DNA of 37,149 nt from an uncultured Collinsella sp. (GTDB taxonomy: Bacteria > Actinomycetota > Coriobacteriia > Coriobacteriales > Coriobacteriaceae). The DNA is taken from positions 1 through 37,149 of the forward strand of contig CABUZF010000001.1 of the NCBI GenBank assembly GCA_902495985.1. Reading direction: 5' to 3'. Below the pieces are notes generated by a model that was not told the DNA's origin, did not search any database, and worked only from the letters and a program-made list of their open reading frames with translations. Shown here piece after piece: positions 17,795-27,341 of the stretch (position 1 is the stretch's first letter; each line of letters begins with the position of its first letter). The position numbers and the translations under genes are program-made.

Positions 17795-17946
17795 AAAACT
17801 ATGCCCATTTACTACGTTTGATCGGCTATCGCCGAGCATGTCGAATTTGAGAAAAACAAAACTGCAGGTAGACGGCTCGCGAATGTAACAAAAACCGGTG
17901 CATGCTCGAGCATTCCGGGCTAAACGTAGTAAATGGGCATAGTTTT
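17795..17946. repeat. 152-bp element with perfect 25-bp terminal inverted repeats (MITE/REP-like)
   Basis: AAAACTATGCCCATTTACTACGTTT at 17795-17819 and its exact reverse complement at 17922-17946. Inner CGAGCATG/CATGCTCG pair. Confidence 0.8.
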
Positions 17947-18053
17947 GATATGCCACTCATATAGTCACAGCGAAAATGCGCCCAAAAGATGAAAAAGCGC
18001 CCGTCGGCGGTGGTGCCGGCGGGCGCTGCTGTGCGAGATGTCGCGTTGTGGGC

Positions 18054-19106
18054 CTAGTGCCTCATAAAGTGGTATTCGATCATATTGCTGTAGGGGTGAC
18101 CCGGACCCACAATGCCCTGCGGGAACAGCGGCTGGTGCGGCGTGTCGGGGTACATCTCGGCCTCGAGGGCAAAGCCGGCGCCCCAGCCATAGTTGGCATC
18201 GTCCTTGGCGTGCTCGTCGCCCAGCCAGTTGCCGGTGTAGAGCTGCACGCCCGGGGCGGTGGTGTAGTAGTCCAGCTCACGACCGGTCCACATCTCCTCG
18301 ACATGTAGGGCGCGACGCAGGTTGCGGCCGTACTGATAGCCATCGATGCACAGGCAGTGATCGTAGCCACGGGCCTGCTTAATCTGCGGGTCGTCGGCCT
18401 CCATGCCGGGTGCGACGGGGCGCAGCTCGCGAAAGTCAAACGGTGTTCCCTCGACCGGAGCGATTTCGCCGGTGGGGATGTTCTGCTCGTTAATGGGCAA
18501 GTAGTGGGCAGCGTTGGCGATAAAGAAGTGCTCACAGTCCATGCCGGCGTTATGGCCGGCAAGGTTAAAGTACGTGTGGTTGGTCATGGACACGTAGGTG
18601 GCGCGGTCGCTCTCGCAACCATACTCGATGCGGAAGACGCCGGTGCGCGTAACGGTAAACACAGCCGTAAAGGTTCGGTTGCCGGGCAGGCCCAGCTCGC
18701 CATCCTTAAGCGAGGTGGTCATGCGCACGGCGTTGTGAGTCTCGTCGAGCTCAACGTCCCATACGCGCTTGTGCAGACCATGCTCAAGATCGCTGTGCAG
18801 GTTGTTGACGCCTTCGTTGGCCGGCATGTGCCAGTCCGTGCCGTCGATGGTGATCGTGGCGCCCGCGGTGCGGTTTGCCACGGGGCCGATGGTCGCGCCA
18901 AAGCAGGCGGGGTTGTCAAAGTAATCCTCGAGCTTATCGAAGCCCAGTACCACATCGCGCACGTTGCCGGGAATGTCGGGCACATCGATACCCAGCACGG
19001 TGGCGCCATAGTCCATAATGCGAACGCAGATCTCGGGCCCGTTGAGGGTGTAACGATGAACGGAGGTGCCGCACGGCGCGGTGCCGAAAAGCTCGGAAGT
19101 GATCAT
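18054..19106 (-). CDS. galM: Galactose mutarotase (aldose 1-epimerase)
   Basis: DYGAT, DVVLGF, FGATIGPVANR, NNLH, TNHTYFNL, PTGEI..V.GTPFDF, GYDH, PGVQLYTGN, FALE. Confidence 0.92.
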   Translation of the reverse strand: MITSELFGTAPCGTSVHRYTLNGPEICVRIMDYGATVLGIDVPDIPGNVRDVVLGFDKLEDYFDNPACFGATIGPVANRTAGATITIDGTDWHMPANEGVNNLHSDLEHGLHKRVWDVELDETHNAVRMTTSLKDGELGLPGNRTFTAVFTVTRTGVFRIEYGCESDRATYVSMTNHTYFNLAGHNAGMDCEHFFIANAAHYLPINEQNIPTGEIAPVEGTPFDFRELRPVAPGMEADDPQIKQARGYDHCLCIDGYQYGRNLRRALHVEEMWTGRELDYYTTAPGVQLYTGNWLGDEHAKDDANYGWGAGFALEAEMYPDTPHQPLFPQGIVGPGHPYSNMIEYHFMRH

Positions 19107-19251
19107 TTGGTTCCTAACATCGAGGTATTTCGGACAAACTGTAGCGCGAACAGGCGAGATTATCACTACACTCCACTAAAGCAGGGGGTATTTTTCTCAA
19201 AAAAGTGATGATTGGAGCTGTGCGGGTGTTCATTTTTGACGCGCACGAGTC

Positions 19252-19281
19252 TGATACAATTTGTTCGTTACTGTTTGAATG
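19252..19281 (+). promoter_or_regulatory. Extended -10 (TGATACAAT) and putative DeoR/LacR operator TGTTC-N5-TGTTTGAATG
   Basis: The motif recurs upstream of lacF (35187-35206) and at the window end (37124-37138). Confidence 0.5.
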
Positions 19282-19312
19282 ATATGCGCGCAAAGAACGG
19301 CGAGGATTCATC

Positions 19313-20077
19313 GTGATTAAGGCAGAGCGACAGGATAAGGTTCGTCAGCTGCTCGAAGAGCAGGGCACGGTTTCGGTCAAGGAGATTTCGGATGCGCTGG
19401 GCGTTTCGGATATGACGATTCGCCGCGACCTCGAAGAACTTGCGAGCCTGGGCGAGATCGAGCGCGTGCACGGTGGCGCCCGTAGCGCACAGGGACGTCC
19501 CCATGCTATGTTGCGCCATGAGTATTCGCACAGCGAAAAGCGCACTAAGCATGCCGAGGAAAAGCTGCAGATCGCGCGCCGCGCCGTTGAGCTCATCGAG
19601 GAGGGCTCGACCATCTTTTTGGGCACGGGCACTACGGTTGAGCAGATGGCCTCGATGCTGCCGGCATTTCGCCTGCGCATTGTGACCAATTCGCTTTCGG
19701 TGTTTAACCTGCTCGAGGCGCGCGAAGATTGCGACCTGTGCCTCGTGGGCGGTATGTACCGTCGCCGCACCGCCGCTTTTGTGGGACCAACGGCCGAGGA
19801 TACCCTGCGTGCGTTGGGCATCGACGCGGCGTTTATCGGCGCCAACGGCATTCTGGATGGCGACGTATCTACGTCCAACATGGACGAGGGCCGTATCCAG
19901 CAGCTCGCCTTTAGCAAGGCCGACTCACGCTATCTGATCGCCGATTCCAGCAAGATCGGCAAGCGCGACTTCTACACCTTCTGTCGCTTGGACAGCCTGG
20001 ATGCCGTGGTGTGCGAACCGGGTATCGCCGCCGAGAATCGTGCCGCCATCGAGGAACACACGCAGGTCATCTGCTAG
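19313..20077 (+). CDS. lacR: DeoR/GlpR family regulator (lactose PTS repressor LacR-like)
   Basis: ERQ..., VSDMTIRRDL, RVHGGA, GTGTTVE, VTNS, FIGANG, DSSK. Confidence 0.88.
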   Translation: MIKAERQDKVRQLLEEQGTVSVKEISDALGVSDMTIRRDLEELASLGEIERVHGGARSAQGRPHAMLRHEYSHSEKRTKHAEEKLQIARRAVELIEEGSTIFLGTGTTVEQMASMLPAFRLRIVTNSLSVFNLLEAREDCDLCLVGGMYRRRTAAFVGPTAEDTLRALGIDAAFIGANGILDGDVSTSNMDEGRIQQLAFSKADSRYLIADSSKIGKRDFYTFCRLDSLDAVVCEPGIAAENRAAIEEHTQVIC

Positions 20078-20195
20078 CTAACGCTATGGGATTGCCAACA
20101 GGCGATGCGGGAGGACTTTTACCTCCTGTCATTGTGGGGAATCAACGCGTGAGCGCTACGCGATATGACGTGTAAATGAGGACTCCACTATCAAA

Positions 20196-20496
20196 TTGTC
20201 TCAACCTGTGACAGGTAGGGGTGAAATCACCAACCAGATGTTACAGATTGGGGGGATTGTCCTGTGCATTTGTCTCAATCTGTAACAGCTAGGACCCAAA
20301 AACTCGACTAGATGTTACAGATCGAGATTTTGTCTACCCAGCCATCATCTTTGTCTTGATCTGTAACAGTTAGACGGCCAAAAGCGAATCAGATGTTACA
20401 GATCTAGACATTTCGAACCGGGTGCCCCCGTTCATCTCAATTTGTAACAATTGGGGCCAAAAATCTCTGCTAGATGTTACAGATCGAGACAAACGG
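20196..20496. repeat. Palindromic repeat array 1 (4 units)
   Basis: Units TCTCRATCTGTAACA-N25-TGTTACAGATYGAGA, with left cores at 20207, 20281, 20362 and 20443. Confidence 0.9.
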
Positions 20497-20518
20497 CCTG
20501 CTCGGGCCGAGCCAAAAC

Positions 20519-20562
20519 AAAAAAGGCCGCATGCGAACCCGTGGAGGGATTCTCATGCGGCC
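20519..20562 (-). terminator. Terminator of lacE1-lacG1
   Basis: GGCCGCATG...CATGCGGCC stem with an A-tract on the plus strand (T-tract on the minus). Confidence 0.7.
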
Positions 20563-20584
20563 GACAGGGGGTATGTGGCTGAAA

Positions 20585-22006
20585 CTAGGCCATGAGCAGG
20601 CCGGTCTCCGCGACGTTCTTGTACCAGTACGCGCTCGCCTTGGGATAGCGCTTCTGGGTCTCAAAGTCGATGTAGAACAGGCCATAGCGCTTGTTGTAGC
20701 CGTTGGTCCAGGAGAACTGGTCCTGCAGCGACCACACAAAGTAGCCGTCGACGTTTACGCCGCCGTCAATCGCCTTGAGGATCCACGCGAGATGCTGACG
20801 CATGTAGTCGATGCGAGGGGCATCGTCGATAAAGCCGTCCTCAAAGTCGTCCTTATAGCCCATGCCGTTCTCGGTGATGTAGATCTTCTTGTAGTTGGGG
20901 TAATCGTTCTTAATGCGGAGCAGCAGATCGTAGAGGCCCTCGGGATAGATAATCCAGTCCCAATCGGTGGTGGGTACGCCTTCGCGCACGCATGCCTCGC
21001 CAACGCCCTTGAGGAACCAGCGCGAGGAGCCCTTGTCGCCGGTGCCATTGTGGTTGATGTCGTTTTCGCCCTCGGCGGCACGCAGGAACTGGCACTTGTA
21101 GGTGTTGACGCCCAGACAATCGTTGTAGGGGAGCGCGGCGGTCAGCGCGGCGATGTCCTCGTCGCGGACGTCGAGCTCGCCGCCGGCGATATGGGCCAGC
21201 TTGGTCGCAGCCTCCATGGTGTCGGCTGCATAGTGGCCGCGGAAGGTGGCGTCGAGTACCCAACGGTTGTTGATGACGTCGGCCATGCGAGCTGCCTCGC
21301 AGTCGGCGGCGTTGTTGGGGTCGAGGGGATACTTGGGCTCCAGGTTCTGGACAATGCCGATCTCGCCCTCAAAGCCGCCCTCATGGAAGGCGACGACAGC
21401 CTTGGCGTGGGCCACCATCATGTTGTGCATGAGCTGGAAGGCCTTGTCCAGGCGGTACTTCTCGCCGTGCGGCCAGTTGCCGACGATAAAGCTGCCCTCG
21501 GCGGTTGCGGGAATCTCGTTAAACGTGAACCAGTGCTTGACCTCAGTGAACTCGGCAAAGCAGAACTTGGCGTACTCGACAAAGGCGTCGATCGTCGTGC
21601 GCGTCAGGAATCCCTCGCCGCCGTTCTGGTAAAAGGCCTCGGGCGTATCAAAGTGATCGAGCGTGACATAGGGGATAACGCCGGCTTTATTGCAGGTGGC
21701 GAAAAGCTCGTGATAGAAAGAGACGCCCTCGGGGTTAATCTCGCCGGTGCCGTTGGGGAAGATGCGGCTCCAAGCGATAGAGACACGGATACCGTTGATG
21801 CCGAAGCGCTGGCACAGGTCGATATCGACCGGGTACTTGTTGTAGAAATCGCTTGCGGGATCGGGGGAGAAGCGACCCTGAGCAGCCAGGAAATCGTCCC
21901 AGGGCACTTTGCCCTTGCCGTGCGTGCGGGTCTCGCCTTCAACCTGGTAAGCAGCGGTGGCGCCGCCAAACACAAAGCCGTCGGGGAACTGCATGGGATT
22001 GGTCAT
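20585..22006 (-). CDS. lacG: 6-phospho-beta-galactosidase (GH1), copy 1
   Basis: GGATAAYQVEG, TFNE acid/base, YITENG nucleophile, WSLQDQFSWTNGYNKRYG (LacG-type phosphate loop). Confidence 0.92.
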   Translation of the reverse strand: MTNPMQFPDGFVFGGATAAYQVEGETRTHGKGKVPWDDFLAAQGRFSPDPASDFYNKYPVDIDLCQRFGINGIRVSIAWSRIFPNGTGEINPEGVSFYHELFATCNKAGVIPYVTLDHFDTPEAFYQNGGEGFLTRTTIDAFVEYAKFCFAEFTEVKHWFTFNEIPATAEGSFIVGNWPHGEKYRLDKAFQLMHNMMVAHAKAVVAFHEGGFEGEIGIVQNLEPKYPLDPNNAADCEAARMADVINNRWVLDATFRGHYAADTMEAATKLAHIAGGELDVRDEDIAALTAALPYNDCLGVNTYKCQFLRAAEGENDINHNGTGDKGSSRWFLKGVGEACVREGVPTTDWDWIIYPEGLYDLLLRIKNDYPNYKKIYITENGMGYKDDFEDGFIDDAPRIDYMRQHLAWILKAIDGGVNVDGYFVWSLQDQFSWTNGYNKRYGLFYIDFETQKRYPKASAYWYKNVAETGLLMA

Positions 22007-22082
22007 GAGTCATCCTTTCTGTGGGATACGAATAGGGAGAGGTGCCCGAACTGGGGATCCGGGCACCAACAGAGGGAGGTAA

Positions 22083-23861
22083 CTAGTGTAGGTTCTCGCG
22101 GAGCCACTTGATGGCGCCAGCGGGGTCGCGGGTAAGGTCGATATATTCCTTGCCGCGCGGGGCGAGCAGCTTAATGCCCAGACGATCGGTGTCGGCCTTC
22201 ATGTCGTTGTAGTAGCTACGAACCTGCGGGGCGAGCACGATGACGTCGTACTGATCCATGATGGCAGTGTGCTGACCATAGGCGCCTGCGGAGGAAGCGA
22301 TGTCCTCTCCGGTCTGCGCAGCACCTTCCTTGATGGCGTTGGCAAGCATGGCAGAGGTGCCGGCGCCGGCGCACAGGACGAGGACCTTCAGGCCATCGAC
22401 GTCCTTCTTAGCGGACGCGTCGGCGGCGGGCTCGGGCTGGTCGGCAACAGGCTTGCTGTCGGCGGCAGCGGCGGTCGGCTCGACGGAAGCGGCGGTCTGC
22501 TCGGCAGCGGACGCAGAGGCGTTGGCGGCGATGGAAGCAGCACCATCGGACTCGAGACCCAGCTCGGCGGCGCGCTCGGCCTCCTGGTCGCAGAGCAGCT
22601 TATCGTATGCCTTCAAGAACGGCAGGTAGATGATGGCGTCCAGCAAGATGATGATCGCGACAAATACCAAGGCGATAAGCTGGAAGTTCGTGGTGATGAA
22701 AATGCCGATAGGGGCGGGGGTGGCCCAAGGCACCACGAAGGAGAAGCCGTTCATGCCCACGTTATCGATAAAGAACTTGGCAACACTTACGTTGACGCAG
22801 CCGGCGGCAACAAAGGGGACGAGCATGTAGGGGTTAAGGATCATCGGTGCGCCAAAGAGCAGCGGTTCGTTGACGGCGAAGGCAACAGGAACAATCGAGG
22901 CCTTACCGACGGCTTTGAGCTGCTTGGACTTCATAAAGAGAATCAGCAGAAGCGGCACGATGAACGTGGCGCCGGTGCCGCCGAACTCACCCACGAGCGA
23001 CATGTTAAAGGTGAGGGAGTGGGCGGGGTGGCCGCCTGCCAGCAGAACCTGCAGGTTCTCGGCCTGGTTGGCAAGACGGATGGGATCGATGCCCGGCTGG
23101 ACGATCGAGGGGCCGTGGACGCCGATAAACCAGAAGAACGCGGTGGCCGCCTGGATAAGGATAAGGCCAGGATAGGTTTCTGCGGCGGTGAAGAGCGGGG
23201 AGAGCAGTTTGATGAGCAACTCGGAGAACGGAACGCCCATGAGGTTGCGCACAACGACATCGACGATGCCGCAGATGATGACAGCACCGCCAAAGGGGAT
23301 GATGTCGCGGAAGTTCTGAGCGATGGCGCCCGGGACCTCCTTGGGCAGCTTAATGGTCAGATCGCGCGAGACGCAGAATTTGTAGACCCACACGGTAATG
23401 AACGCGGCGATATAGGCCGAGAACAGACCGCGCGTGCCCATGCTGGTGCAATCGAAGACCGAAAGTTCGGAGCCGTTGAACTTGGTGGTGAACTGCGTGA
23501 CTGCGAGCAGCAGCATGCTGCACTGGGCGGCCACCATGGTGGAACCGTCGTTGAGCACTTTGCCGGCGGGCATACGACGGTTCATGGATGCCGTGAAGTT
23601 TTTGGCAGTGGTGCCGGCAACCATGATGCCCATGACACCCATGGTGAAGTTGTACAGCTTGTTGCACCAGTCGATAAGCGGCTGGGGCAGCGTGATGCCG
23701 ACTACGCCGGGAAGGGTGGCAATGAGCAGAAAGATCGAAGAGGTGAGGACAATGGGCATGCACCCAAGGAATCCGTCCTTAATGGCCTGGAGGTAGACGT
23801 TCCTCGAGATCTTCTCAAAGAACGGTTGATGCTTTTCGAGCATCTTTACGATGGCGTCCAT
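22083..23861 (-). CDS. lacE: PTS lactose-family EIICB, copy 1
   Basis: AIKDGF, FWFIGVHGPSIV, GGTGAT, VNEPLLFGAP, Ala/Pro linker, IIB motif VLVLCAGAGTS. Confidence 0.92.
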   Translation of the reverse strand: MDAIVKMLEKHQPFFEKISRNVYLQAIKDGFLGCMPIVLTSSIFLLIATLPGVVGITLPQPLIDWCNKLYNFTMGVMGIMVAGTTAKNFTASMNRRMPAGKVLNDGSTMVAAQCSMLLLAVTQFTTKFNGSELSVFDCTSMGTRGLFSAYIAAFITVWVYKFCVSRDLTIKLPKEVPGAIAQNFRDIIPFGGAVIICGIVDVVVRNLMGVPFSELLIKLLSPLFTAAETYPGLILIQAATAFFWFIGVHGPSIVQPGIDPIRLANQAENLQVLLAGGHPAHSLTFNMSLVGEFGGTGATFIVPLLLILFMKSKQLKAVGKASIVPVAFAVNEPLLFGAPMILNPYMLVPFVAAGCVNVSVAKFFIDNVGMNGFSFVVPWATPAPIGIFITTNFQLIALVFVAIIILLDAIIYLPFLKAYDKLLCDQEAERAAELGLESDGAASIAANASASAAEQTAASVEPTAAAADSKPVADQPEPAADASAKKDVDGLKVLVLCAGAGTSAMLANAIKEGAAQTGEDIASSAGAYGQHTAIMDQYDVIVLAPQVRSYYNDMKADTDRLGIKLLAPRGKEYIDLTRDPAGAIKWLRENLH

Positions 23862-23962
23862 AGAGCTCCTTTGCTGCTTGATGCGCGATGCATGTGGATG
23901 GAACTGGTCGTCGATGGATGGTCAGGACTGCCCGGAAACCTTCCTGTTTAAGGAAGGCATTG

Positions 23963-24008
23963 CGAAATGACAACGTTGTCATTTCGTTAATGACAACGTA
24001 AGACATTT
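23963..24008. promoter_or_regulatory. LacI-family operators of module 1
   Basis: Perfect 24-bp palindrome CGAAATGACAACGTTGTCATTTCG (23963-23986) plus a degenerate copy AATGACAACGTAAGACATTT (23989-24008). Confidence 0.85.
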
Positions 24009-24145
24009 TTGGAAGAGCAACAAGGATTTAGGGGTGAGTGGTCGATATTGTCCGGTAAACGGTTGATTTATCAGTCAGGCAGGTAGTGTATGCTAGAACG
24101 CAAAAAGCAAGCGATGCAAAACCGACTGGAGAAGCAGTGGCAACG

Positions 24146-25147
24146 ATGGACAAGAAAAACGTCTCGATGAACGATGTGGCGATTGCCGCGGGTGTTTCTC
24201 TCAAGACGGTTTCGCGTGTGATCAACGAGCCCGATAGCGTGCGAGAGTCGACACGCGATAAGGTTCATTCGGCCATGGAGGCGCTCGGGTTTCGAGCCAA
24301 CTTTGCCGCGCGTTCGCTCAAGTTGGGTCGTTACGGGTGCATCGGCGTCGTGCTGTTCCACTTGTCGGGCGGTGCCGTGGACATGATTGACGGTATCGCC
24401 GATGCCGCCGAAGAACGCGGCTTTGCGCTCACGATGATTAAGAAGCGCGCAGGGGAGAAGATGACCCTTGCCGATGCGGCGCGCAGGATGTCGCAGCTGC
24501 CTGTTGATGGCATGATCTTCAACCTGCGTCAGATGGTCGATGACTTTGATACCTTTGAGGCGCCGAAAGACCTCAAGACGGTGATTATCACACCGATGGA
24601 ACATCCTACCTGCTCCACCGTCAGTGACGACCAAGAGGGCGGCGCGCGCATGGCGTGCGAGTACTTCTTGGATCATGGTCACAAGAACGTGTATTTCGTT
24701 TCGGGTAAGAAAGAGTCGCTGTCGAGCCAGTGCCGTATGAAAGGTTGGCGTGCGGCACTCGAGGCGCGTGGCATTGAGCCGCCCGAGCCTCTGCAAGGCG
24801 ATTGGAATGCGGATAGTGGCTATGCCGCGGGCCTTGTGCTTGCCGATAAACCCGATTGTACGGCGGTCCTCGCCGCTAACGACTGCATGGCAAACGGCGT
24901 GATGATGGCTCTACGTGATAAAGGGCTCAGTGTGCCCAATGATGTGTCCGTGATCGGCTTCGACGATGAGCTCTATAAGACGATTCCCAACTCGATTCTG
25001 ACGTCGGTGAAGTTTCGCCACCGCGAGCTGGGCGTCCGTGCGCTCAACGAGGTCGTCGCGGGTCTGGAAGCTCCGAGCTCCAGAAGCCGTACGCTCGTCT
25101 CGGGCGTGTTGGTCGAGCGTTCCAGCGTAAAGGACTTGCGGGCGTAG
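24146..25147 (+). CDS. LacI family transcriptional regulator, copy 1
   Basis: SMNDVAIAAGVSLKTVSRVIN, NFAARSL, GDWN..SG, VPNDVSVIGFDD. Start could be GTG 24137. Confidence 0.92.
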   Translation: MDKKNVSMNDVAIAAGVSLKTVSRVINEPDSVRESTRDKVHSAMEALGFRANFAARSLKLGRYGCIGVVLFHLSGGAVDMIDGIADAAEERGFALTMIKKRAGEKMTLADAARRMSQLPVDGMIFNLRQMVDDFDTFEAPKDLKTVIITPMEHPTCSTVSDDQEGGARMACEYFLDHGHKNVYFVSGKKESLSSQCRMKGWRAALEARGIEPPEPLQGDWNADSGYAAGLVLADKPDCTAVLAANDCMANGVMMALRDKGLSVPNDVSVIGFDDELYKTIPNSILTSVKFRHRELGVRALNEVVAGLEAPSSRSRTLVSGVLVERSSVKDLRA

Positions 25148-25163
25148 ACGTGCTCGGCCTATT

Positions 25164-25312
25164 CCGTTTGTCTCGATCTGTAACAACTAGACGGTCAAAA
25201 GTGGTCTACATGTTACAGATTGAGATTTTCGGCTTGGCCTGTGCGTTCATCTCGATCTGTAACAGCTAGGACCGAAAAACTCGGCTAGATGTTACAGATT
25301 GAGATGAACAGG
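25164..25312. repeat. Palindromic repeat array 2 (2 units)
   Basis: TGTAACA-N25-TGTTACA cores at 25179 and 25258 with the same arms as array 1. Confidence 0.9.
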
Positions 25313-25330
25313 AGGACGGGTGCGGTCTAA

Positions 25331-25372
25331 ACAAAATGGCCCGCGCATCACACATCGATGCACGGGCCATTT
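25331..25372 (-). terminator. Terminator of lacG2-lacE2
   Basis: AAATGGCCCGCGCATC...GATGCACGGGCCATTT stem-loop. Confidence 0.7.
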
Positions 25373-25404
25373 ATTGTCTGCAAGCGGCAGGTGGTGTCAG
25401 CGTC

Positions 25405-27165
25405 TTATGCCTCGAGGTTTTCCTCGATCCAGGCGACGGCACCCTTGGGATCCTTAGTGAGGTCGATGTACTGTTTGCCCTTGGGCGACAGCAGCGTGAT
25501 GCCCAGGCGGTCGGTGTCGGCCTTCATCTCGTTGTAATAGGTGCGAACCTGCGGAGCCAGGACGATGACGTTGTACTGGTCCATGATGGCGTAGTGGCTG
25601 CCGTAGGCACCGGCGTTGGCGGTAATGTCGATGCCCAGCTCGTCGGCGCCTTCCTTAAGCGCGTTGGCGAGCAGTGCAGAGGTGCCGGCGCCAGCGCACA
25701 GAACCAGAACCCTCAGATCCTTGCCCTTAAGGGCGGACGGAGCTGCGGAGGCCTCAGTGGCAGAAGCGGTCTCGACAACAGGAGCCTCAACGGCGGGGGC
25801 GGCAGCGGTCTTGACGGCCTTGGTCTCCTCGGCCTCTTCTTCGGCCAGGGTCTCGGCCTCCTGCTTGCACAGGACGTTGTCGTAGGCCTTGCAGAACGGG
25901 TAGTAGATCAAGAAGTCAACGACCAGCAGGACGACAACCAGGACCAGAGAGATCGGCTGGAAGTTGGTGTCGATGAAGGTGCCGATCGGTCCGGGGAGTG
26001 CCCACGGCATGGCATAGATAAAGCCGTTCATGCCCAAAAAGTCGATGAAGAACTTACCAATGAGGACGTTGGCCACGGGGGCAAACAGGAACGGGATCAG
26101 GAAGTACGGGTTGAGGATGATGGGCGCGGCGAACAGCAGCGGCTCGTTGACGGCGAACATCACGGGCACGACAGAGGCTTTGCCGACGGCCTTGAGCTGC
26201 TTGGAGCGCATAAAGAGCAGGAAGATGATCGGGACAATGAACGTGGCGCCGGTGCCGCCGAGTTCGCCGATGTAGTTACCGAAGTTTTCGGTCAGGGCGA
26301 GGGCGGGGTGACCGCCGGCCTGCAGCGTGGCGAGGTTGGTGGTGATGTTGCCAAACAGCGCGGCGTTGAGGGCAGGCTTAACGACCGAGGGGCCGTGGAT
26401 GCCCATGAACCAGAACAGCGGGATCATGAACCAGATGAGGGCGAGGCCGGCGTAGGAATCGGCAGCGGCGAACAGCGGGCTCACCAGCGTGGAGATGACG
26501 TTGGCAAACGGGACGGCCAAGCAGGTGCGGCAGATAACGTCGATGACGGCGACAAACAGGATGGAGAAGCTGAAGGCGAAGATGTCGCGGAAGTTCTGGG
26601 CGATGGCGCCGGGGACTTCTTTGGGCAGCTTGATGGTGATGTCTCGCTTAATGCAGAAGGCATAGATGTTGACCGTGGCAAATGCGGCGACAAAGGAGCT
26701 CAGCAGGCCCTTGGTGCCCATGTTGTCGGTAAAGAACACCGAGACATCGGCGCCGTCGATCTTGGCACTCGTCTGGGTAACGGCCAAGATGAGCATAGCG
26801 CACATGGCGGCGACCATGGTGCTCGTGGCGTTGATGGCCTTGCCGGCAGGCATGCGGCGGTTCTTGGAGCCGGTCAGCGCGCTTGCGGTGGTGCCGGCGA
26901 CCATGATGCCCACGACGCCCATCGTGAAGTTGTAAACCTTGTTGCAGAAGTTCACGACGTCGACGTTCCACCAGTCGGGCAGCGTAAAGCCGCCGACCGT
27001 GGCGACAACGCCCGGCAGGGTCGAAATAAGCAGGAAGACAGAAGAAGACAGGATAATGGGCATTGCTGCCAAAAAGCCGTCTTTAATGGCCTGAAGGTAG
27101 ATGTTCTTAGAGACCTTGTCGAAGTACGGCTGACCTTTCTCCAAGAACTTAACGATCGATTCCAT
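25405..27165 (-). CDS. lacE: PTS lactose-family EIICB, copy 2
   Basis: AIKDGF, FWFMGIHGPSVV, GGTGAT, VNEPLLF, VLVLCAGAGTS. Confidence 0.92.
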   Translation of the reverse strand: MESIVKFLEKGQPYFDKVSKNIYLQAIKDGFLAAMPIILSSSVFLLISTLPGVVATVGGFTLPDWWNVDVVNFCNKVYNFTMGVVGIMVAGTTASALTGSKNRRMPAGKAINATSTMVAAMCAMLILAVTQTSAKIDGADVSVFFTDNMGTKGLLSSFVAAFATVNIYAFCIKRDITIKLPKEVPGAIAQNFRDIFAFSFSILFVAVIDVICRTCLAVPFANVISTLVSPLFAAADSYAGLALIWFMIPLFWFMGIHGPSVVKPALNAALFGNITTNLATLQAGGHPALALTENFGNYIGELGGTGATFIVPIIFLLFMRSKQLKAVGKASVVPVMFAVNEPLLFAAPIILNPYFLIPFLFAPVANVLIGKFFIDFLGMNGFIYAMPWALPGPIGTFIDTNFQPISLVLVVVLLVVDFLIYYPFCKAYDNVLCKQEAETLAEEEAEETKAVKTAAAPAVEAPVVETASATEASAAPSALKGKDLRVLVLCAGAGTSALLANALKEGADELGIDITANAGAYGSHYAIMDQYNVIVLAPQVRTYYNEMKADTDRLGITLLSPKGKQYIDLTKDPKGAVAWIEENLEA

Positions 27166-27341
27166 AGTTCACGCTCCTCTTTGCATGAAATCTTAATGGC
27201 ATGGACGTTGAAAACCTATATGGTCTCCCGCTTGCTAAAAGCCCGGGTGCAGGCGGGGCCGGTCCCAGGGGGAGAGAGGGGAGCGGCTGGGTTTGTATCG
27301 CATAGGGCCGCTCCCTTCTCGGGGGAAAGCGAGGCGATGCG

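Noticed and set aside
20196..20496. Repeat arrays as CRISPR
   Set aside because: Units are long inverted-arm hairpins with recurring (A/B) middles and degenerate arms, in only 2-4 copies. There is no leader and no cas gene in the window.
20474..22111. ORFs starting MLQIETNG (20474+, 24911-25186 minus) or ending VSICNI
   Set aside because: The shared peptide is simply the translation of the palindromic repeat arm, and the rest is antisense to lacG or lacI.
23862..23960. LacT-type RAT antiterminator in lacE leaders
   Set aside because: No recognisable RAT plus terminator and no BglG/LacT gene; LacI operators explain the regulation.
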